Origin: an uncultured Gammaproteobacteria bacterium
GTDB lineage: Bacteria; Pseudomonadota; Gammaproteobacteria; HK1
Assembly (NCBI GenBank): GCA_965365655.1
Contig: CBDUCN010000001.1
Coordinates: 1-59,985, forward strand
Direction: 5' to 3'
DNA length: 59,985 bases
How positions within the stretch are numbered: the stretch's first letter is position 1; the number at the start of each line of letters is the position of its first letter. The notes beneath the pieces were generated by a model that searched no databases, was not told the DNA's origin, and saw nothing but the letters and a program-made list of their open reading frames with translations. The position numbers and the translations under genes were made by a program. Positions 27,281 to 37,166 of the stretch are shown here, piece by piece.

Positions 27281-27569
27281 CGCGCGCTCCCGGTCGGCTT
27301 GCAGCGTTTCGAGTCTGGCACGCGGCGGGCGCGTGCGCCAACGCTGCGGCGCGTGTGCGTGCCGTGGCCGTTCCGGGACACGCGGGCGCTGCCGGCCTGC
27401 ACGGACCGGTCCGACCGCGCCGGCTGCGGACGGTTACCGGAGCCATGCCGGGGAAACCGGCACCGTGTCCGGATGGTCCTTGCGGGCGCCGGGTACGGGC
27501 GGCCGGCCGCGTCGGGCGGTTGCGAGCGGCTCTCCGGCTCACTCGGCGTGGGCCGCTCTCAGCCGCGCG

Positions 27570-27914
27570 TTACAGGAACACCTCTGCGAGCACCAGTGCC
27601 CACACGATCGCGAGGTTCGCGAGGGACAGGAGCACTGCGGCGCTGGCGATGTCCTTGGCGCGGCCGGTCAGCGGGTGGTGCTCCAGCGAGACGCGGTCCA
27701 CCGCCGACTCCACCGCGGAGTTCAGCAGCTCGGTGATCAGCACGAGCATCACGCACGCGAGCAGCATCGCCTTCTGCGTCAACGTCGCGGGCACCGCGAC
27801 GGCGACCGGGATCAGCACCGCCGCGAGCGCCAGCTCCTGGCGGAACGCGGCCTCGCCCTGCCACGCGGCGCGCAGGCCGGCCAGCGAATACAACAGCGCG
27901 CGCCAGATGCGCAT
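27570..27914 (-). CDS. dgkA: Diacylglycerol kinase
   Basis: The last 114 codons of track ORF 27570..29891 read MRIWRALLYSLAGLRAAWQGEAAFRQE...ITELLNSAVESAVDRVSLEHHPLTGRAKDIASAAV, colinear with E. coli DgkA. The upstream part of that ORF is a shadow of the RND gene. Confidence 0.85.
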   Translation of the reverse strand: MRIWRALLYSLAGLRAAWQGEAAFRQELALAAVLIPVAVAVPATLTQKAMLLACVMLVLITELLNSAVESAVDRVSLEHHPLTGRAKDIASAAVLLSLANLAIVWALVLAEVFL

Positions 27915-27985
27915 CAGTCCGGGTCCGGACTTGCCCGGGGCGGCGCCAATCGGGTTCCGGCGGCCGTCGTGCATCGGCGGCGGCC

Positions 27986-30900
27986 CTATTCTCCCGGCGC
28001 GGCGGCCGGAGAGCCGGGCGCGGCAGCGCCCTCGTCCTCGTCCCGGCTTCGCTGTCGGCGCTGCTCGAGCGGTGCGACCAGCACGCTGAGCAGCGGCGGC
28101 ACCATGACGAGGGTGAGCACCGCCGACAATGCGAGGCCTCCGACGACGACCGAGCCGAGGCCGCGGTAGAGCTCGGAGCCCGCGCCCGGGAACAGCACCA
28201 GCGGCAGCATGCCGAACACGCTGGTCAGCGTGGACATGAAGATCGGGCGGATGCGGTTGCGCGTCGCGGTGTCGATCGCCATCTCGGCGCTCATCGCGTC
28301 GTCGCGCAGGTGATACAGCGTCTGGTGCACGATCAGGATCGCGTTGTTCACGACGATGCCGATCAGGATCACGAAGCCCAGCAGGGTCAGCATGTCCAGG
28401 GGCTGGAACACCACGGTGTTGAGCACGGCGAGGCCGGCCACGCCGCCGGCGGCGGCCACCGGCACCGAGGTCAGGATTACCAGCGGGTAGACGAAGCTCT
28501 CGAACAGCACCGCCATCACGAGGTACACGATCGCGAGCGCGAGCAGCAGCTGCACCAGCATCGCGTCCCAGGTCTGGCGCAGCTCGTCGGCGGTGCCGGA
28601 CACGCCCAGCTTCACCCCGGGCGGCAGTCCTTCCGCCTCCAGCGGCTGCATCACCTCGGCGCGCAGCACGTCCAGCGCGGCCTCCAGCGCGACCCCCGGT
28701 GCCGGGCGCACCTCGAGCGTCACCGTGCGCTCGCGCTCGCGGTGGCGGATCTCGGTCGGGCCGGAGGTGAGCACCACGCGCGCCAGCGAGCTGGCCGGGA
28801 TGATGCGCCCGTCCGGCGTCACGACCGGCAGGTCCGCGATGCCCTGCGTCGCGGTGACGCCGCGCTCCGGGCCCTTCAGCGTGAGGTCGATGCGCTTCGA
28901 TCCCGAGGTGACCTCCGCGACGCGCAGCCCGTCGTTGAAGGTGTCCACCGTCTCGCCCAGCGCGCGCGCGGAGATCCCGTTGTCGGCAAGGCGCACCCGG
29001 TCGGGCAGCACCCGCACCTCGGGTGCGCCCAGCTCGAGGCCCGGGTTCGGCCTGAGCTGGTTGCCGGCCTCGCGGGGCAGCGCGCTCGCGAGCTTGCGCA
29101 CGGCGCGCACCGCGACGTCGAGGATCACCTCCAGGTCCGGGCCCGAGATGTCGAAGTCGATCTTGCGCCCCGACCCGATGCCGCGCCCGAAGATGGAGGG
29201 CTGGTTGATGAAGCCGAAGGTGCCCGGCTCGGTGAACACGGGCTCGCGCAGCACCGGGATCAGCTCGCCGGCGCGCTGTGGCTGCTCCGCGGCGGCGCCG
29301 ACGAAGGTCGTCGCGCGCGTGGCGACGAAGAAGAAGCGGTCGATCTTCGGCGGGCCGCCCGGCTCCGGCTCCGGGCCCGACACCGACGCCCACAGCGGCC
29401 GCGTCGCGTCCTCCACGCGCTTCGCGATCTCCTCCATCGTCGCGAGGTTGTAGCCGGGCGGCGGGATGATGATCCCGAACACCAGGTTGCGGTTGCCCTC
29501 GGGCAGGTACTCCAGCTTCGGCAGGTACGCGTACGAGAATGCGCCGGCCGCCCCCACCATCACCGCCACCACCAGCACGGCGACGGGCTTGCTGCGCACC
29601 ACGCGGCGCACGAACCACATGACCAGCGCGACGAAGCGTCCCGCCAGCCAGTCGACGCCCGGCAGGGCCAGGCGCGTCACGCGGACCGCCGCGACGTCGC
29701 CCGCGCGGCCGCGGAGCAGGCGCTGGGAGAGCGCGGGGATCACCGTGATGGAGACCACCAGCGACAGCGTGACCGCGACCGAGATGGCCACCGCGATGTC
29801 GCGGAAGAGCTGGCCCACCTCGAGATCCATCAGCAGGATCGGGATGAACACCATCACCGTCGTGAGCGCCGAGACCAGCACCGCGCCCCACACCTGCGAC
29901 GCGCCCAGGTACGCGGCCTCGCGGGCCGGCCGGCCCTCCTCGCGCAGGCGGAACACGTTCTCCAGCACCACGATGGCCGCGTCCACGACCATGCCCACGG
30001 CGAACGCGAGACCGGCCAGCGAGATCACGTTGATGCTGCGCCCGAGCGCCGCCATCGCGACGAAGGCGCCGACCACCGACACCGGGATCGCGATGGAGAT
30101 CACCAGCGTCGCGCGCGGCGAGCGCAGGAACAGCAGCAGCACCGCGGCGGCCAGCGCGCCGCCCACCCAGATGTTCTGGCGCACGAGGTCGATCGCGGAG
30201 TTGATGTACACGGTCTCGTCGTACACCTGGCGAAGCACCAGTCCGGACGCGGGCACCAGCGTGCGGTTCAGCTCGGCGATGGCCTCCGCGATGCCGGCCA
30301 TGGTCGCGATCACGTTCGCGCCGGTCTCGCGCTTCGCGTTGAACGCGATCGCGTTCTCGCCCAGGAAGCGGATGGTCGCGGTCGGCTCCTTGTAGCCCAC
30401 GCGCACCCGCGCGACGTCGCCGATGGTGACCCGGGCGCTGCGCCCGGTGTCCGCGTCCACCTGCGAGCGCACGACCACGTCGCGCACCGCGGCGAGCGTC
30501 GTGAGCTCCCCTTCGGTGCGCACGACGTAGCGCCGCTTGCCCTCGTCCACGTCGCCCGCGGAGATCGACGCGTTGGCCGCGCGCAGCGCGCCCACGACGT
30601 CGCTCACCGTGAGCCGGTAGCGCGCGAGCAGCTCGGGCTCGACGATCACCTGCAGCTCGCGCTCACTGCCCCCGAAGTAGGTCACCTGGCTCACCCCGGG
30701 CACGCGCTCGATGCGGTCCTTGACCACGTCGTCGATGAAGTCGCCGTACTCGTGGATCGGGCGCTCGTTGCCGTCGGCGCGCGTGATGATGAACCACGCG
30801 ATGGGGTTGTCCTCGCTGCCCGCGGTGTCGAGCGTCGGCTGATCGGCCTCCTCCGGGTAGCCGGTCACTCGGTCGAGGCGGTTCGCGACCAGCAGCAGGG

Positions 30901-31210
30901 CGCGGTTCATGTCCGTGCCCACCTCGAATTCCAGCGTCACCCGCGAGCGTCCCTGCTCCGCGCGCGCGGTGACGGTCTGCAGGCCGGCGAGGCCCGCCAT
31001 CTGCTCCTCCTGGCGGTTGACGATCTCGCGCTCCACCTCCGCCGGCGCGGCCCCGGGCCACAGCGTCTCCACCGTGATCACGGGGCGGTTGACGTCCGGT
31101 GCGAGCTGGATCGGGATGCGCTCCAGCGCCACCAGGCCGAACAGCAAGGTCATCAGCACCGCCGCGATCACGGCGATGGGGCGCTCGATGGCGACCCGGA
31201 TCAGGTTCAC
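27986..31210 (-). CDS. RND efflux pump inner-membrane permease (AcrB/HAE-type)
   Basis: 1074 aa starting MNLIRVAIERPIAVIAAVLMTLLFG, with 12 TM segments and two large periplasmic loops typical of the family. Confidence 0.95.
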   Translation of the reverse strand: MNLIRVAIERPIAVIAAVLMTLLFGLVALERIPIQLAPDVNRPVITVETLWPGAAPAEVEREIVNRQEEQMAGLAGLQTVTARAEQGRSRVTLEFEVGTDMNRALLLVANRLDRVTGYPEEADQPTLDTAGSEDNPIAWFIITRADGNERPIHEYGDFIDDVVKDRIERVPGVSQVTYFGGSERELQVIVEPELLARYRLTVSDVVGALRAANASISAGDVDEGKRRYVVRTEGELTTLAAVRDVVVRSQVDADTGRSARVTIGDVARVRVGYKEPTATIRFLGENAIAFNAKRETGANVIATMAGIAEAIAELNRTLVPASGLVLRQVYDETVYINSAIDLVRQNIWVGGALAAAVLLLFLRSPRATLVISIAIPVSVVGAFVAMAALGRSINVISLAGLAFAVGMVVDAAIVVLENVFRLREEGRPAREAAYLGASQVWGAVLVSALTTVMVFIPILLMDLEVGQLFRDIAVAISVAVTLSLVVSITVIPALSQRLLRGRAGDVAAVRVTRLALPGVDWLAGRFVALVMWFVRRVVRSKPVAVLVVAVMVGAAGAFSYAYLPKLEYLPEGNRNLVFGIIIPPPGYNLATMEEIAKRVEDATRPLWASVSGPEPEPGGPPKIDRFFFVATRATTFVGAAAEQPQRAGELIPVLREPVFTEPGTFGFINQPSIFGRGIGSGRKIDFDISGPDLEVILDVAVRAVRKLASALPREAGNQLRPNPGLELGAPEVRVLPDRVRLADNGISARALGETVDTFNDGLRVAEVTSGSKRIDLTLKGPERGVTATQGIADLPVVTPDGRIIPASSLARVVLTSGPTEIRHRERERTVTLEVRPAPGVALEAALDVLRAEVMQPLEAEGLPPGVKLGVSGTADELRQTWDAMLVQLLLALAIVYLVMAVLFESFVYPLVILTSVPVAAAGGVAGLAVLNTVVFQPLDMLTLLGFVILIGIVVNNAILIVHQTLYHLRDDAMSAEMAIDTATRNRIRPIFMSTLTSVFGMLPLVLFPGAGSELYRGLGSVVVGGLALSAVLTLVMVPPLLSVLVAPLEQRRQRSRDEDEGAAAPGSPAAAPGE

Positions 31211-32361
31211 GACGCGCCGCCCGCCGCGCCCTCGCCGCCGTTGCCCACGCGCACCCGGTCACCGGGGCGCAGCCGCTCGTTGCCGCGCACCACCACCTGT
31301 TCCCCCGGAGCGAGTCCGGACAGCACCTCGAAGCGGCTGCCCAGCGCCTCGCCCAGGGCCACCGGGCGCACCGTCGCGACGCCGTCCTCGACGACGTACA
31401 CCGACGTCTGCTCGCCGGCGCGGTTGACGCCGTCCTTGTGCACCGTGATCACGTCGCGGGGCTTGCCCAGCGGAATGTGCACGGTGGCGGTCTGCCCGTC
31501 GGCGAGGCGGCCGTCGCTGTTGTCCAGCGCCGCGGTGAAGCGCACCGCGCGGGTGCGCGTCTGGCGGTTCTCTTCCGGGATCACCGCGCGCACCCGGGCC
31601 GCGTGGCGGCTGCCGTCGTCCAGCGCGAGCGTGACCTCGACTCCGGGCTCGAGCCCGGCGAGGCGTTCGTACGGCACGTCCGCCTCCACCTCGAGGTCGG
31701 CGTCGGCCAGCATGCGCACCAGCGCGTCGCCGGTGTTCGCGTACGCGCCTTCCTCGCGCCAGCGCTGCACCACGACGCCCGCGTAGGGCGCGGTGACGCG
31801 CGCGTAGTCGAGCTCGATCGCGGCGAGGTTCACGTCGGCGCGGGCGGTGTCCAGCGCCGCGCGCGCCTCGCTGACCCGCGCCGCCGCGATCACCTCGTTC
31901 TGCGCAGCGTCGTCGTACAGCGCGCGGCTGGTGGCCTGGGTGTCCTTCAGCGCGGCGAGGCGCTCGCGCTCCTGGCGCGCGAGCGCGAGCTGCGCCTCGG
32001 CGGTCGCGATGCGCGCGCGCGCCTCCTGCATGCGGCCCTGCGCCTGTGCCAGGGTCGCCTTCAGCGCACGGTCGTCGAGGTTCGCGATGACGTCGCCGGC
32101 GGCGACGCGGTCGCCCACGCGTACCGAGAAGTGCGCGATGGGGCCGCGGGTGCGCGCGGCGACGTTGCCTTCCTGGCGCGCGACCAGGCGCCCGATGACC
32201 GGCACCGTCTGCGACAGGGGCTCGCGGATCACCGCGTCGACGCGCACCAGGGCCGCGGGCGGCTGCCCCGTCTGCGCGGCCGCGGCCGGCAGCCACGCCA
32301 GTCCCGCGAGCGCGAGGGTGAAGGCGAGTGCGCGGGCGCCGCGCGGCGCCTCACACCTCAT
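31207..32361 (-). CDS. RND efflux periplasmic adaptor (membrane fusion protein, HlyD family)
   Basis: The C-terminal 384 codons of track ORF 31207..33906 start at ATG 32361 (MRCEAPRGARALAFTLALAGLAWLPAAAAQ...). They contain a lipoyl/coiled-coil/beta-barrel pattern (DYARVTAPYAGVV). 4-nt overlaps with both neighbouring genes. Confidence 0.9.
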   Translation of the reverse strand: MRCEAPRGARALAFTLALAGLAWLPAAAAQTGQPPAALVRVDAVIREPLSQTVPVIGRLVARQEGNVAARTRGPIAHFSVRVGDRVAAGDVIANLDDRALKATLAQAQGRMQEARARIATAEAQLALARQERERLAALKDTQATSRALYDDAAQNEVIAAARVSEARAALDTARADVNLAAIELDYARVTAPYAGVVVQRWREEGAYANTGDALVRMLADADLEVEADVPYERLAGLEPGVEVTLALDDGSRHAARVRAVIPEENRQTRTRAVRFTAALDNSDGRLADGQTATVHIPLGKPRDVITVHKDGVNRAGEQTSVYVVEDGVATVRPVALGEALGSRFEVLSGLAPGEQVVVRGNERLRPGDRVRVGNGGEGAAGGAS

Positions 32362-33857
32362 GCGACGATGACCTTGATCTTCCGCGGAGGCTCGGGCTGC
32401 GCGCCGGGCGCGAGATCGTTGAGCACCCGGAACCAGTCGGCGTTGAACGGCCCGTACGGGAGCGTCGTCGCGAGCGTCTCGACCCGGTCGCCCGGCTGCG
32501 CCGCGCGCACCGCGAGGCGCAGCGGCCGGATCGCGGCGGCCTGCGCGGCGTCCAGCGCGCGGAAGCTGTAGGTGGTCTCGCGGAACGGGAGGTTCAGCTC
32601 CGCGGTGCGCTGCTGCGGCGAGATGAACAGGAAACGGTAGGCCGAGCGGCCGTCTCGGTTCAGCGCGAGGAGCCGCACGTCCACCGGGCCGCTCTCGGTG
32701 CGCCCCACGGTGCGCCCCGTCGCGCCGTCGAAGCCGTTCACCCGGATCGGCTCGAGGTCCGCGAGACGCGCGTTCGGCGCCCACTCGCCCTGCAGGTACG
32801 CGGGCATGTTGCCCGCCTGGCGAATCGGCGCGATGTCGAACACGATCGCCGCGCCGCGCGCGTCGCTCGCGACCACCTTCTCCGGCGAGTTCTGCATCCT
32901 GAAGCCTTGCGGTGCCGTGAACTCGAAGCGCAGGCCGGGGTGCTGGAAGGTGCGCCCGCGCACGACGCCCTGCTCGGGATCGTCGCCGAACACCATGCCG
33001 TCGATCAGCGCGAGGTACTCGTCGCGGGCGACGCGCGGATTCGGCGGCCGCGACACCTCGGCCGCGGCCTGCGCCGCCCGCACCCGGTCCATCGTGCGCG
33101 GGTGGGTGGCCATCAGGTTGTACTGGTCCACCGAGCCCTCGGGCAGCCCTTTCGAGCGCGCCTCCACCTGGCTCTGCTCGCGCAGGCTGGCGAGGAAGGT
33201 GGCCATCGCGTCGGGGTCGTAGCCGGCGCGGCTCATGTAGCGCACGCCCAGGGTGTCGCTCTCGAGCTCCTGCTCCCGGGAGTAGCTCTGGATCGCGAGC
33301 GTCGCGATGGTCTGCCCGACCTGCGCGACGCTGTCCGCGGGCAGCCCGAGCAGGCTCGCGCCGATGGCGCTCGCGATCACGCCGATCTGGGCCATCTGCT
33401 GCGCGCCGAGCCGCTCCGCCGTGTGGCGCGCGTTGACGTGGCCCAGCTCGTGCGCGAGCACGCCGGCCATCTCGGCCTCGTTGCTCGCGAGCGCGAGCAG
33501 CCCGCGCGACAGGTACACGTAGCCGCCGGGCAGCGCGAACGCGTTGACGATGGGCGAGTTCAGCAGGGTGAAGCGGTAGTTGAACTGCTGGTACTCGGTG
33601 TAGGCGGCGAGGCGGCGCCCGACCGTGTCCACGTAGCGCTGCAGCTTCGGGTCCCGGTACTCGCCGCCGAAGGCCTCCAGCATCTTCGGATGCTCGCTGG
33701 CCCCGAGACGGGCGTCGTCCTCCGGGGAGAAGCCGCCGGTGAAGCTGGAGCGCCCGGTCGCCGGGTTCGTGCTGACGCAGCCCGCGAGGCCGCACGCGCA
33801 CCCGGCGAGCGTGGCGGCGCCGCCGGCGCGGAGCAGGGAGCGGCGGGAAACGGTCAT
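32358..33857 (-). CDS. M48-family zinc metallopeptidase, exported/lipoprotein
   Basis: HELGHVNARH (HExxH) and signal/lipobox MTVSRRSLLRAGGAATLAGCACGLAGC. Start moved to ATG 33857. The stop overlaps the adaptor-gene ATG (ATGA). Confidence 0.85.
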   Translation of the reverse strand: MTVSRRSLLRAGGAATLAGCACGLAGCVSTNPATGRSSFTGGFSPEDDARLGASEHPKMLEAFGGEYRDPKLQRYVDTVGRRLAAYTEYQQFNYRFTLLNSPIVNAFALPGGYVYLSRGLLALASNEAEMAGVLAHELGHVNARHTAERLGAQQMAQIGVIASAIGASLLGLPADSVAQVGQTIATLAIQSYSREQELESDTLGVRYMSRAGYDPDAMATFLASLREQSQVEARSKGLPEGSVDQYNLMATHPRTMDRVRAAQAAAEVSRPPNPRVARDEYLALIDGMVFGDDPEQGVVRGRTFQHPGLRFEFTAPQGFRMQNSPEKVVASDARGAAIVFDIAPIRQAGNMPAYLQGEWAPNARLADLEPIRVNGFDGATGRTVGRTESGPVDVRLLALNRDGRSAYRFLFISPQQRTAELNLPFRETTYSFRALDAAQAAAIRPLRLAVRAAQPGDRVETLATTLPYGPFNADWFRVLNDLAPGAQPEPPRKIKVIVA

Positions 33858-33936
33858 CGACGCACGCCGTGTGGACTGCGTCGAGTATACCCGTCGCGCG
33901 CGGCACGCCGCCGCGGCGGCGGCGGACAGAGGGCGC

Positions 33937-36900
33937 TCAGGCGGGCTCTCGTGCGAGCGCGATCCGCCACTGCTCGCCGTCCAGCTCGTGCTCGGCGCTG
34001 AAGTCGTCCGCTTCGCCGTCGCCCAGCGTGCGGGTGGCCAGCGTCTCCTCGTGGATGTGGTCCGCGAAGCGCTCGAGCGCACGCGCGACGCCGTCACCGC
34101 CGCTGATGCGCAGCGCGATGCGGTCCGCGACGTCGAGACCCGCGCGCTTGCGCGCCTCCTGCACCGTGCGCACGAGCTCGCGGGCGAGGCCCTCGCACTC
34201 GAGCTCGGGCGTGAGCCGCGTGTCCAGCCCCACCAGGAAGCCGCCTTCCTCGGCGCAGGCGTAGCCCTCGGCGGACTCCGTCTCCACCAGCACGTCCTCC
34301 GGCTCGAAGGTGATCGGCGTCCCGCCGACGTCGAGCTCGAAGCTTCGCCCGGCGGCGACGGCGCCGGCGACGGCGGCGCCGTCGGCGGCGCTCAGCGCTT
34401 CGCGGATCGCCGGGATCAGCTTGCCGTGGCGGCGCCCGATCCGTGGCAGGTTGGGCTTCAGCCGGTAGCTCACGAGTCCGGCATCGCGGGCGATCGGCTC
34501 GACCGCCTTCACGTTGAGCTCCTCCAGGATAGGCGCCTCGTGGCGCGCCACCGCCGCCGCGGCCGCCTCGTCGGGCACGCGCACCAGCGCGCGCGACAGC
34601 GGCTGGCGGGTGCGCAGCGCGCTCGCGTTGCGCGCGGCGCGGCCCAGCGACACCACCCGGCGCACGACCTCGAAGCCGGCGAGAAGCTGCTCGTCGATGC
34701 GCGCGGCGTCGGCCTGCGGCCACGGGCACATGTGCACGCTGACGGGCGCCTGCCGGTCGCGTGCGCGAACGAGGTTCTGGTGCATGCGCTCGGCGATGAA
34801 CGGCATGAAGGGCGCGAGCAGGCGCGCGGTCACGGTCAGGCACTCGTACAGCGTGAGGTAGGCGGCCAGCTTGTCGTCGCCGGCGGCGGCCTTCCAGAAC
34901 CGGCGCCGGTTCAGCCGCACGTACCAGTTCGACAGCGCGTCGACGAAGGCCTCGATGGCGCGCCCGGCGCCCAGCGCGTCGTAGTCGTCGAGGCGTGCGG
35001 TGCACTCGCGCACCGTGTCGTGCAGCAGCGCCAGCACCCAGCGGTCCATCTCCGGGCGTTCGGCCAGCGGCAGATCGCGGTCGAGATCCGGCGCGTCCAG
35101 GCGAGCGTACATCACGAAGAATCCGTAGGTGTTCCACAGCGTGTTCAGGAACGAGCTCGCGACGTCGCGCACGATGTCCACCGAGATGCGCTTCTGCACG
35201 TCGGGTGCGATGCGGGCGACGAAGTACCAGCGCAGCGCGTCCGCGCCGACGCTCTCGAACACGTCGTACGGATCGACGATGTTGCCCTGCGACTTCGACA
35301 TCTTCTTGCCGTCGGCGTCGACGATGTGCGCGAGGCAGATCACGTTGCGGTAGGCGACGCTGTCCGAGACCAGGGTCGCGATCGCGTGCAGGGTGTAGAA
35401 CCAGCCTCGGGTCTGGTCGATGGCCTCCACGATGTAGTCGGCGGGGAAATGCTTCTCGAAGGTGTCGGCGTTCTCGAACGGGTAGTGCCACTGCGCGTAG
35501 GACATCGCGCCGGAGTCGAACCAGCAGTCGATCACCTCCGGCACCCGGCGGTACTCGCGGCCGTTGTCGGGGTGGCGGAAGGTGATCTCGTCGATCGCGG
35601 GCCGGTGCAGGTCCACGTCGCGAAGCGGGCGCCCGCACAGGCCCTCGAGCTGCTCGACGGACCCGATGCACAGGTAGTCGCCCTCGCCGTCGGTCCACAC
35701 CGGCAGCGGCGTGCCCCAGAAGCGCTCGCGCGACAGCGCCCAGTCGATGTTGTTCTCCAGCCAGTTGCCGAAGCGGCCGTCGCGGATGTACTCCGGCACC
35801 CAGTGGATCGTGCGGTTCAGCGCCACCATCCGGTCGCGCAGCTCGCTGGTGCGGATGTACCACGCATGCTTCGCGTAGTAGATGAGCGGGTCGCCGGTGC
35901 GCCAGCCGTGAGGGTAGTTGTGGGTGTACTTCTGCACCCGCCACAGCAGCCCGCTCGCCTTCAGCTCGTCCACGAGCACCGGGTCGGCCTCCTTGAAGAA
36001 GCGCCCGGCCACCGGCGTCACCTCGGGGAGGAACAGACCGTCGAGGCCCACCCCGTGCACGACCGGCAGGCCCGCGGCCTGCCCCAGCGCGAGGTCGTCC
36101 ACGCCGTAGGCCGGGGCGATGTGCACGATGCCGGTGCCGTCCTCGATGGTCACGAAGTCCGCCGCGTGCACGGCCCACGCGGCGTCGCAGTCCACCGCCA
36201 GGTAGTCGAAGGGCCGGCGATAGCGCCGGCCGACCAGCTCGGCGCCCTTCACGGTGCGCAGCACCTCGTGCGGTGCGTCGCCGAGCGCCGCGTCCACCAG
36301 CGCGGCGGCCAGGATCAGCGTCTCGTCGCCGACGCGAACGAAGGCGTAGTCCACGTCGGCGGCCACCGCGAGGGCGAGGTTCGACGGCAGCGTCCACGGG
36401 GTCGTGGTCCAGACGAGGAACGACGCGCCCGATTCGTCGGCGAGCGGGAAGCGCACGTATACCGACGGATCCACGACCTCCTTGTAGCCGAGCGCGACCT
36501 CGTGCGAGGACAGGGTTGCGCCGATGCGCGGGTCGTAGGGCACCACCTTGTAGCCCTGATACATCAGGCCCTTGTCCCAGATCACCTGCAGCAGGTGCCA
36601 CACCGACTCGATGTAGTCGTTGTCCAGCGTGTAGTACGCGTGCTTCATGTCGACCCAGAAGCCCATGCGCTCGGTCATGCGCTCCCAGTCGGAGATGTAG
36701 CGCATCACCGACTCGCGGCAGCGGCGCGTGAACTCGGCGATTCCGACCTCGCGCTCGATGCGCGCCTTGTCGAAGATGCCGAGCTCCTTCTCCACCTCGT
36801 GCTCCACCGGCAGGCCGTGGGTGTCCCAGCCGGCCTTGCGCGGGCAGTGGTAGCCGCGCATCGTCTTGTAGCGGGGGTAGAGATCCTTGAACGTGCGCGC

Positions 36901-37089
36901 CAGCACGTGGTGGATGCCCGGGCGGCCGTTGGCGGTGGGCGGGCCGTCGTTCCAGGTGTACAGGTCGCGTCCGTCGCTCGCCTGCAACGTGCGTGCGAAC
37001 ACGTCCTCGCGCTGCCAGAATTCCAGCACCTCGTGCTCCAGCGCCGGGCCGTCGTAGCGCCCGGTCACCGCCTCGAATTTCGTCGCCAT
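33937..37089 (-). CDS. ileS: Isoleucine--tRNA ligase, type 2 (Thermus/eukaryote-like IleRS2)
   Basis: Starts at ATG 37089 (MATKFEAV...), 1050 aa. HIGH-region PPTANGRPGIHHVLAR and KMSKS (GKKMSKSQGN). The N-terminal ~200 aa are colinear, from memory, with T. thermophilus IleRS (KDLYPRYKTMRGYHCPRKAGWDTHGLPVEHEVEKELG, SSHEVALGYKEVVDPSVYVRFPL). Confidence 0.95.
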   Translation of the reverse strand: MATKFEAVTGRYDGPALEHEVLEFWQREDVFARTLQASDGRDLYTWNDGPPTANGRPGIHHVLARTFKDLYPRYKTMRGYHCPRKAGWDTHGLPVEHEVEKELGIFDKARIEREVGIAEFTRRCRESVMRYISDWERMTERMGFWVDMKHAYYTLDNDYIESVWHLLQVIWDKGLMYQGYKVVPYDPRIGATLSSHEVALGYKEVVDPSVYVRFPLADESGASFLVWTTTPWTLPSNLALAVAADVDYAFVRVGDETLILAAALVDAALGDAPHEVLRTVKGAELVGRRYRRPFDYLAVDCDAAWAVHAADFVTIEDGTGIVHIAPAYGVDDLALGQAAGLPVVHGVGLDGLFLPEVTPVAGRFFKEADPVLVDELKASGLLWRVQKYTHNYPHGWRTGDPLIYYAKHAWYIRTSELRDRMVALNRTIHWVPEYIRDGRFGNWLENNIDWALSRERFWGTPLPVWTDGEGDYLCIGSVEQLEGLCGRPLRDVDLHRPAIDEITFRHPDNGREYRRVPEVIDCWFDSGAMSYAQWHYPFENADTFEKHFPADYIVEAIDQTRGWFYTLHAIATLVSDSVAYRNVICLAHIVDADGKKMSKSQGNIVDPYDVFESVGADALRWYFVARIAPDVQKRISVDIVRDVASSFLNTLWNTYGFFVMYARLDAPDLDRDLPLAERPEMDRWVLALLHDTVRECTARLDDYDALGAGRAIEAFVDALSNWYVRLNRRRFWKAAAGDDKLAAYLTLYECLTVTARLLAPFMPFIAERMHQNLVRARDRQAPVSVHMCPWPQADAARIDEQLLAGFEVVRRVVSLGRAARNASALRTRQPLSRALVRVPDEAAAAAVARHEAPILEELNVKAVEPIARDAGLVSYRLKPNLPRIGRRHGKLIPAIREALSAADGAAVAGAVAAGRSFELDVGGTPITFEPEDVLVETESAEGYACAEEGGFLVGLDTRLTPELECEGLARELVRTVQEARKRAGLDVADRIALRISGGDGVARALERFADHIHEETLATRTLGDGEADDFSAEHELDGEQWRIALAREPA

Positions 37090-37110
37090 TGATCGTTCCC
37101 TGGAAGCCGC

Positions 37111-37166
37111 AAATGAAGAACGCCCCGCACGGCGGCGCGCGTCAGCATGCCGTCGTCCGGGGCGTT
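37111..37166 (-). terminator. Leader terminator hairpin of the T-box element
   Basis: AACGCCCCG...CGGGGCGUU is a 9-bp perfect stem, extendable to about 17 bp with two mismatches. It is followed by CUUCAUUU and ends about 20 nt before the ileS ATG. Its 5' arm contains CCCGG, which could alternatively pair with CCGGG of the T-box sequence. Confidence 0.6.

Noticed and set aside
27316-27330. Sigma54-like TGGCAC-N5-GGGC element on the plus strand.
   Set aside because: The -12 element is poor (GGGC instead of TTGC). There is no plus-strand gene downstream, because both flanking genes are on the minus strand.
27570-29891. 773-aa minus-strand ORF spanning dgkA and part of the RND gene region.
   Set aside because: Only the last 114 codons (27570-27914) match DgkA. 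The upstream part overlaps the genuine RND permease gene in another frame and is compositionally a shadow.
31207-33906. 899-aa minus-strand ORF.
   Set aside because: Only the C-terminal 384 codons (from ATG 32361) encode the RND adaptor. The upstream portion overlaps the M48 peptidase gene out of frame.
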